Positions 58,967 through 64,000 of a stretch of DNA of 64,000 bases are shown in pieces. The DNA lies in the IMG/VR virus record IMGVR_UViG_3300031555_003590, positions 192,001 to 256,000 of that record. The stretch is one strand, 5' to 3'. Below the pieces are notes generated by a model, which was not told the origin of the DNA, did not search any database, and worked only from the letters and a program-made list of their open reading frames with translations. Within the stretch, counting starts at the first letter, position 1; each line of letters begins with the position of its first letter. The stretch comes from a virus (lineage: Duplodnaviria > Caudoviricetes). The position numbers were made by a program, and so were the translations under genes.

Positions 58967-61459
58967 GTGTCTGAAAATATGGATAATATGGAATCCACTG
59001 TTCAAATCATACCTTATTATGCTCATCCTCATGTTCATACAGTTATTCAGGATAATACTTGGTATGATGAAACCGTTGCTACTCCTGTCAGTGCTGATGA
59101 TATGCCATTTGCAACTTGTGTTGTAACTGGTGCTGATCAGGGTATCGACAACACCTTTGTCCGTTTAAATGATCTTGCTACTAAGGAAGCTTTATTCGGC
59201 AAAGGTAATTTCCAGAAGTATGGACAGCCTTCTATCCAAGCAGATGTACTTTTTAATGGAAGTACTAATGTTTGGTTCTGTCGTGTACTTCCTGACAATG
59301 CTACATATTCAAATGTAGTAATTCTAGCTCATTATCGTAAAGGTAATATTCTTGATGATCTTGGTCAAGAAACTGGTAAGGTTCGTCTTGAAGTTAAATA
59401 TTCTCTTGCATATGCTAACAAACCTTATCTTACTGAGGGTGCTAAGAGTGAAGATGATATCGAGGAGTTTGCTCGTAGTCTAGCTTCTTCTACTGCTGAT
59501 CCTCAAACTGGTTATATGACCGTACCTCTTTGCTATATCAGAAGCATTGGTCGTGGCCAGTATGGTAATAATTATTCTATTTCTATTACTAGAGATACTG
59601 ATGCTGAGAAAGAATATGATCTCAAGATGTATCGTTTTAATCTTATCAGCAATAGTACAGTTACTCGTGTAATCAATATGTTCTCTGGTTCTCTACATCA
59701 GACTGTGCGTTATGATATGTCTACAATGATATCTGACGTAATTGATCAATTCTCTACTGGTTCTTCACCTATTCGTATTCAGTCCTTTGAAGATAGTTTC
59801 CAGACTATTTATAATTTCTATAAGAATAATATTGTTGCAGCTAATAAAGAGTATGTTATGAACTCTGGTATGAATGCTGATGATGTGGCTGAACTAGAAG
59901 AAGCTCTTAAAGTTGTTGAGGATTCTTTCGATCCCATTTTTGGTATGAAACTTAATACTCGTACTAGTGAACAAATTCCTTATTACCGTAACTATACTGT
60001 CAAGTCTACTGGTGCTTATGTTGCTCCAGATCTTGAAGTACCTAATACTGGCGGTGCATCTAAGCCTCTGAATATTGCTGATTGGAGTACTGCTTATGTA
60101 GGTGCTCGTGTTCTTGTAGTTGCTGATCCTCTCAATGATGGTTATCGTTGGATGTATAATGTTACTAATATTGATCCTGATACTGGTAATATTATTTATG
60201 ACGAAGGTGTTGAGTGTGCTATCGATGATGATCAGTATGATGGTGTAAATCTTGGTATTTCTACTGGTAATATGCTCAGCGGTGGTCATGATGGTGACTT
60301 CGAAGAAATTACTGTAAATGGTGAAACTCGTGCTCCTAATGAGAGTGAAATGAAGGTTCTATTATCTCGTGAATTCGTAAAGGCATTCCGTGGTACAAAG
60401 GACCGTAAGATTTTATCTCCTGCTCGTGTAAATCTTGACTTTATTTTTGATGCCAACTATAATATGACTAATGATCTTGATACTAGTGGTATTCAGGATA
60501 GTACTATTACTATGTACAATAATTCTACCATTCTTACTGATAAGGATGCTCAGAAGTTAGCTGTTCTTGGTACTAGTGGTCTTGGTCTTGACTTTGCTGA
60601 TCTTAATGTTAAGAAAGCAATGTATGATCTTAATGAGTTCCGTAATCGTAATGGTATGACTATTAATCCTGACATGGGTGCTGGTTGTAGTTTATATCTT
60701 GATTGTGGACTTGTTGGAATGAAGAACGTTGGTCTCAATTATGAACTCATGGATGTCATTAATATGATGGAAGAGTTTGAAGGTAGAGCTTGTTCTGTTG
60801 ATCTTGGTTATTATGAGATCTTTGATCCTACTTCTCGTAAGCGTATCAAGGTTACTGTAGGTTATTATCTTGCTAAGAATCTAATTCCTCATATTATGAT
60901 GTATGGTCTTAATAAACCTTTCGTTTATAACTTTGCTACTCTTAGGGCTATTCAACGCGATGCTTCTATGGTAACTAGTGGTGATATGATTCGTGATACT
61001 TTTATGCCTGACATCGATCTTATTGATTGGGATGTTAAGGAGATGCTTTATAACTCTCGTATTAACTACTATCTTACTACAGATGAAGGTCGTCAGGTTC
61101 AACGTGCTACTCAGAATACACGTCAAATGGATGCTTCTGCTCTACTTGAAGAGAATAATGTTCGTGTTCTTAATACTCTTAAGAAGGGCCTTGAGAAAGC
61201 TTGTCGTGGTTATCTATATGAGTGGAATGAACCTGAAGTTCGTAAAGGTTATACCCAAGCTCAGATGGAAGTATATCGTCCATGGATTGGTACTATGGTA
61301 CAGGATCTTGACATCAAGTTCACTGCCAATGAGTGGGAACAGGAGCGTATGATTATGCACTGCTATGTTGAAGTCAAGTTCCGTGATATTGTTAAGAGAA
61401 TTATTCTGGAGATTAATATCCAAAGACCTACTTATTCTACTACAGGAGGTGAAGAATAA
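58967..61459 (+). CDS. Tail sheath protein
   Basis: 830 aa; FGKGNFQKYGQP, VWFCRVLPDNA, LSGGHDG, DANY, RINY, EENNVRVL; high-expression codon bias; likely start ATG 58979. Confidence 0.9.
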   Translation: MSENMDNMESTVQIIPYYAHPHVHTVIQDNTWYDETVATPVSADDMPFATCVVTGADQGIDNTFVRLNDLATKEALFGKGNFQKYGQPSIQADVLFNGSTNVWFCRVLPDNATYSNVVILAHYRKGNILDDLGQETGKVRLEVKYSLAYANKPYLTEGAKSEDDIEEFARSLASSTADPQTGYMTVPLCYIRSIGRGQYGNNYSISITRDTDAEKEYDLKMYRFNLISNSTVTRVINMFSGSLHQTVRYDMSTMISDVIDQFSTGSSPIRIQSFEDSFQTIYNFYKNNIVAANKEYVMNSGMNADDVAELEEALKVVEDSFDPIFGMKLNTRTSEQIPYYRNYTVKSTGAYVAPDLEVPNTGGASKPLNIADWSTAYVGARVLVVADPLNDGYRWMYNVTNIDPDTGNIIYDEGVECAIDDDQYDGVNLGISTGNMLSGGHDGDFEEITVNGETRAPNESEMKVLLSREFVKAFRGTKDRKILSPARVNLDFIFDANYNMTNDLDTSGIQDSTITMYNNSTILTDKDAQKLAVLGTSGLGLDFADLNVKKAMYDLNEFRNRNGMTINPDMGAGCSLYLDCGLVGMKNVGLNYELMDVINMMEEFEGRACSVDLGYYEIFDPTSRKRIKVTVGYYLAKNLIPHIMMYGLNKPFVYNFATLRAIQRDASMVTSGDMIRDTFMPDIDLIDWDVKEMLYNSRINYYLTTDEGRQVQRATQNTRQMDASALLEENNVRVLNTLKKGLEKACRGYLYEWNEPEVRKGYTQAQMEVYRPWIGTMVQDLDIKFTANEWEQERMIMHCYVEVKFRDIVKRIILEINIQRPTYSTTGGEE

Positions 61460-62541
61460 TGGCTATTCCTGGCGTAATTACTGCTCAGACTGGCGGTAGA
61501 CAATTTGATGCTCCTGATCTGACTAAGTATTCTATGTTTGTCGGTGGTACCAATGCAACTCATCATGCATTGCGTAACTATTCTCCGATGCTAAATGGGT
61601 TTGGACGTCTATTTATGGTTCGCCCTCCTTATGCTATTCTAAAAATGTTTGCAGGTACAGATGATAAGCTTTATAGCTCTGACTCTTTATTTATTCAATT
61701 TAAGCATATGCTTGAATACATGAATAGATCTGTAAGTGGATTCGCTGAAAAGACTCTTGAGAATGCTAGTACTGCAATTCAAGGTGGTTTTGCTGGTCGT
61801 TCATTTAATACTCCTACTGTTACTAAGGAAACTACTAATGAAATTACTATTGGTTTATATGAAATGGTAGGTGCTCCTGTTTATACAGTTATTGATGGTT
61901 GGATGAATGCCATTGGCGATGAGAACTCTGGTTTAGCTACTTATGGTGGCTATATTTCTGGTGGCTATGATGAAGTTACTAAGAAAGAAAAACGTCTATA
62001 TATGCGTGCTGGTGAATCTGAAGATGGTATTCCTTTTAATGAGGCAAATCATACTGCAGAATTTATTTATGTAATGCATGATCGTTCCGGTTCTCAAGTT
62101 GAGCGTGCAGTTCTATTAGCTGACTGCTATCCTAAGGGTATTGCTCAAGGTAATATTCTTAATATGGAAGCTGGAGGCGGCCATGATAATGTTACTTATG
62201 ATATTACATTTAACTGTGTCATGTATCGCTCTCCTATTATTACTGCAATTGCTAATGATTTACTGAAACAGTATCGTATTGTATCTAATTCACTGAACTT
62301 CAATCCTGAACTTGGTGACGCTGTTTACGCAGATAATAATACTAACCTATTCCAGAGATCTCTTGGTCCAGTTCCTGTTGATAGTGCTACTGGTACTAAC
62401 ATTGGCAACGTTCCTGTATTCCATCCTTCTAATAGTCCTAAGACTGTTCTTACTCAAGAGAAGGATATGAATATAGCTAAACTTTCTGGTCAGGCTGGTT
62501 ATAAAGCTTCTCCTAGCTGGAATGGATTTGCTAGTGAATAA
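61459..62541 (+). CDS. Tail tube / major virion structural protein
   Basis: Start overlaps the sheath stop; high-expression codon bias; tube-like ANHTAEFIY...LADCYP. Confidence 0.75.
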   Translation: MAIPGVITAQTGGRQFDAPDLTKYSMFVGGTNATHHALRNYSPMLNGFGRLFMVRPPYAILKMFAGTDDKLYSSDSLFIQFKHMLEYMNRSVSGFAEKTLENASTAIQGGFAGRSFNTPTVTKETTNEITIGLYEMVGAPVYTVIDGWMNAIGDENSGLATYGGYISGGYDEVTKKEKRLYMRAGESEDGIPFNEANHTAEFIYVMHDRSGSQVERAVLLADCYPKGIAQGNILNMEAGGGHDNVTYDITFNCVMYRSPIITAIANDLLKQYRIVSNSLNFNPELGDAVYADNNTNLFQRSLGPVPVDSATGTNIGNVPVFHPSNSPKTVLTQEKDMNIAKLSGQAGYKASPSWNGFASE

Positions 62542-62577
62542 TTTATAATTTACTCCTTTACTTCTTTTCATATTAAT

Positions 62578-62614
62578 ATGATATGCAGGGGAGTTAAACT
62601 CCCCTGTATATCAT
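62578..62614 (+). terminator. Hairpin terminator
   Basis: ATGATATGCAGGGGAGTT-A-AACTCCCCTGTATATCAT. Confidence 0.75.
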
Positions 62615-62690
62615 TATCGTATATTTTTATAAAATATTTATATATTATTTATTTGAATAGAAGATTGAAATATATCTGACATTTAAAAAA

Positions 62691-63164
62691 TTGATTGTAA
62701 AACGGAGGAATTACAAAATGGAGAAATATACTTACAATGATTTAGTGAAAGCTGTATCCACAATAAAATCAATTGTCACTGATATAAAGTACAATGGTGA
62801 AGTTACTGATGATTTAGCTTTTGAATTTAGATGCAGTATACGCCGTATTGAACAGGTAATGAAAAAGAAAGAAATTTTGGATTCCAAGCTAAAAGATCTT
62901 GAAATCCTGGCAAAGTTGAAGTTGGATATCATCCAAAATGGTAAAATTCGTCAAGAAGATATAAATGATCCTGATGGAATTGAATATCCTTATCCTTGTA
63001 AACAAGATCAAGATAGAGTCAAAGCTTTGGAATCTATTCAAGAAAAATATACCTATGGATGGTACATTGCAACAGAAACTCTTGAAGAACAACTATCCAG
63101 TATTACCAAGTTCGAGCAATATATCCTGGACTACAATGGAGATAAGGAGAGGAGTGGTACTTAA
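62691..63164 (+). CDS. Hypothetical protein (likely start ATG 62718)
   Basis: RBS GGAGG before MEKYTY; upstream TTATATATTAT at 62638-62648. Confidence 0.7.
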   Translation: MIVKRRNYKMEKYTYNDLVKAVSTIKSIVTDIKYNGEVTDDLAFEFRCSIRRIEQVMKKKEILDSKLKDLEILAKLKLDIIQNGKIRQEDINDPDGIEYPYPCKQDQDRVKALESIQEKYTYGWYIATETLEEQLSSITKFEQYILDYNGDKERSGT

Positions 63165-63185
63165 TTGTACCACTCCTCTTTTTTA
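63149..63185 (+). terminator. Hairpin terminator overlapping the stop
   Basis: GAGGAGTGGTAC-TTAATT-GTACCACTCCTC followed by a T-run. Confidence 0.8.
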
Positions 63186-63279
63186 TTTTTTTATTTTAAA
63201 AAATACTTATATATTCTTGAAGTAACATGTAATCAAAGGATTTTCATGTTTAAGATTATATTAAATAGGAGGTAATTAG

Positions 63280-64000
63280 ATGCGTGAAAAATATAATCTA
63301 ATACAAGAATTACAAAAGAAAAGTGAAGAATTAAAAGGTAAAAAGAAATTATCATTAGTAGGACAAGGTGACTTCGCTGGCGGTAATAACGTAATGCGTG
63401 GTACAATGAATATTAAACATCATATTCAACATTTAGCAATTGATAATCCAGAATTTCCATTCTTCTATGATGGTAAAGAGAATTTAACAGGTGAACATTC
63501 TTCTGCATATAGTAGAACGAATAAAGAATATAAAGTAATTAATATAATAAAGAAATACAATGAGTTATTAAAAGGAAAATGTAATACTGCATTATATTTT
63601 CTATACTGTAAAGAAGATGATTCTTATACAGTAATAGAACGTAAAGAAGTAGAAAATTTAACTGAACATTTTGGTTTCAATTACAAAAATGATTATTTAG
63701 ATAATGCTGAAATTGGAGAAATAATTCCTAAAAATACAGTATTATATTCTTCTACATCATATGATGATAATATGAATGTATCAATTGGCGTTAATGGTAG
63801 AATATTATATGCAGTACATCCTGGTGTACAAGATGATGCTATTATTGTGTCTGAATCATTTGCAAAAAGAATGGTAGCTGCTAATATTACATCAAAAACT
63901 ATTCCAATTAATGAAAATACTATTTTGTTAAATTTATATGGAAAAGATGGAGAATATAAAGGATTACCTGATATTGGTGATGTAATTCATGATGGTATAT
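63280..64000 (+). CDS. rpoB: Multisubunit RNA polymerase beta subunit, C-terminal half (runs off the right edge)
   Basis: Not in the ORF track. Manual translation MREKYNL...NNVMRGTMNIKHHIQHL...GVNGRILY...QDDAIIVSESFAKRM...LLNLYG...LPDIGD resembles RpoB RALMGANMQRQ and NFEDAILISERL; RBS AGGAGG. Confidence 0.85.
   Translation, partial: MREKYNLIQELQKKSEELKGKKKLSLVGQGDFAGGNNVMRGTMNIKHHIQHLAIDNPEFPFFYDGKENLTGEHSSAYSRTNKEYKVINIIKKYNELLKGKCNTALYFLYCKEDDSYTVIERKEVENLTEHFGFNYKNDYLDNAEIGEIIPKNTVLYSSTSYDDNMNVSIGVNGRILYAVHPGVQDDAIIVSESFAKRMVAANITSKTIPINENTILLNLYGKDGEYKGLPDIGDVIHDGI

Noticed and set aside
4224-63225. Many short ORF-track calls antisense to or nested in long genes (e.g. 4224..4526, 17939..18547, 30315..30617, 50671..50997, 59894..60289)
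   Set aside because: They are shadow frames of well-supported genes, with no RBS and no recognisable motifs.
1-64000. Phage nucleus (chimallin) or PhuZ tubulin genes
   Set aside because: No recognisable motif in this window; the rest of the genome cannot be assessed.

Overview
This window is a 64-kb, very AT-rich segment of a jumbo myophage of the phiKZ/AR9(PBS1)-like type. The host is probably an anaerobic Firmicute (inferred from strong AGGAGG ribosome-binding sites (RBSs), ThyX, BspA-like repeats, CD1375-like proteins and radical SAM enzymes). It carries split multisubunit RNA polymerase pieces (beta N-half at the left edge, beta C-half at the right edge, and a probable beta' C-terminal fragment). 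Nucleotide metabolism genes are dcd, thyX, tmk and a deaminase. Replication/repair genes are an SbcD-like nuclease, RusA, an SF2 helicase with a class-3 mini-intein, and a DnaB helicase split by a clear group I intron that holds a decayed homing endonuclease. There is also a GroEL-like chaperonin and the morphogenesis core (baseplate-like proteins, major capsid, terminase, tail sheath, tail tube). The most striking locus is a minus-strand tail-fibre/adhesin gene run. It continues into a protein ending in a perfect (C-x-x-x)6 Cys repeat, then two accessory proteins and three radical SAM enzymes. This looks like a phage-encoded, RiPP-like system for post-translationally modifying a virion protein. 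Other notable signals are a new ~110-aa module shared 1+2 between adjacent fibre proteins, a candidate stop-codon readthrough element in a MazF/PemK-like gene, head polyproteins with embedded protease-like domains, TATAAT-looped hairpins, and RBS-led two-codon minigenes. All family assignments come from motif recognition by eye; no database searches were run.
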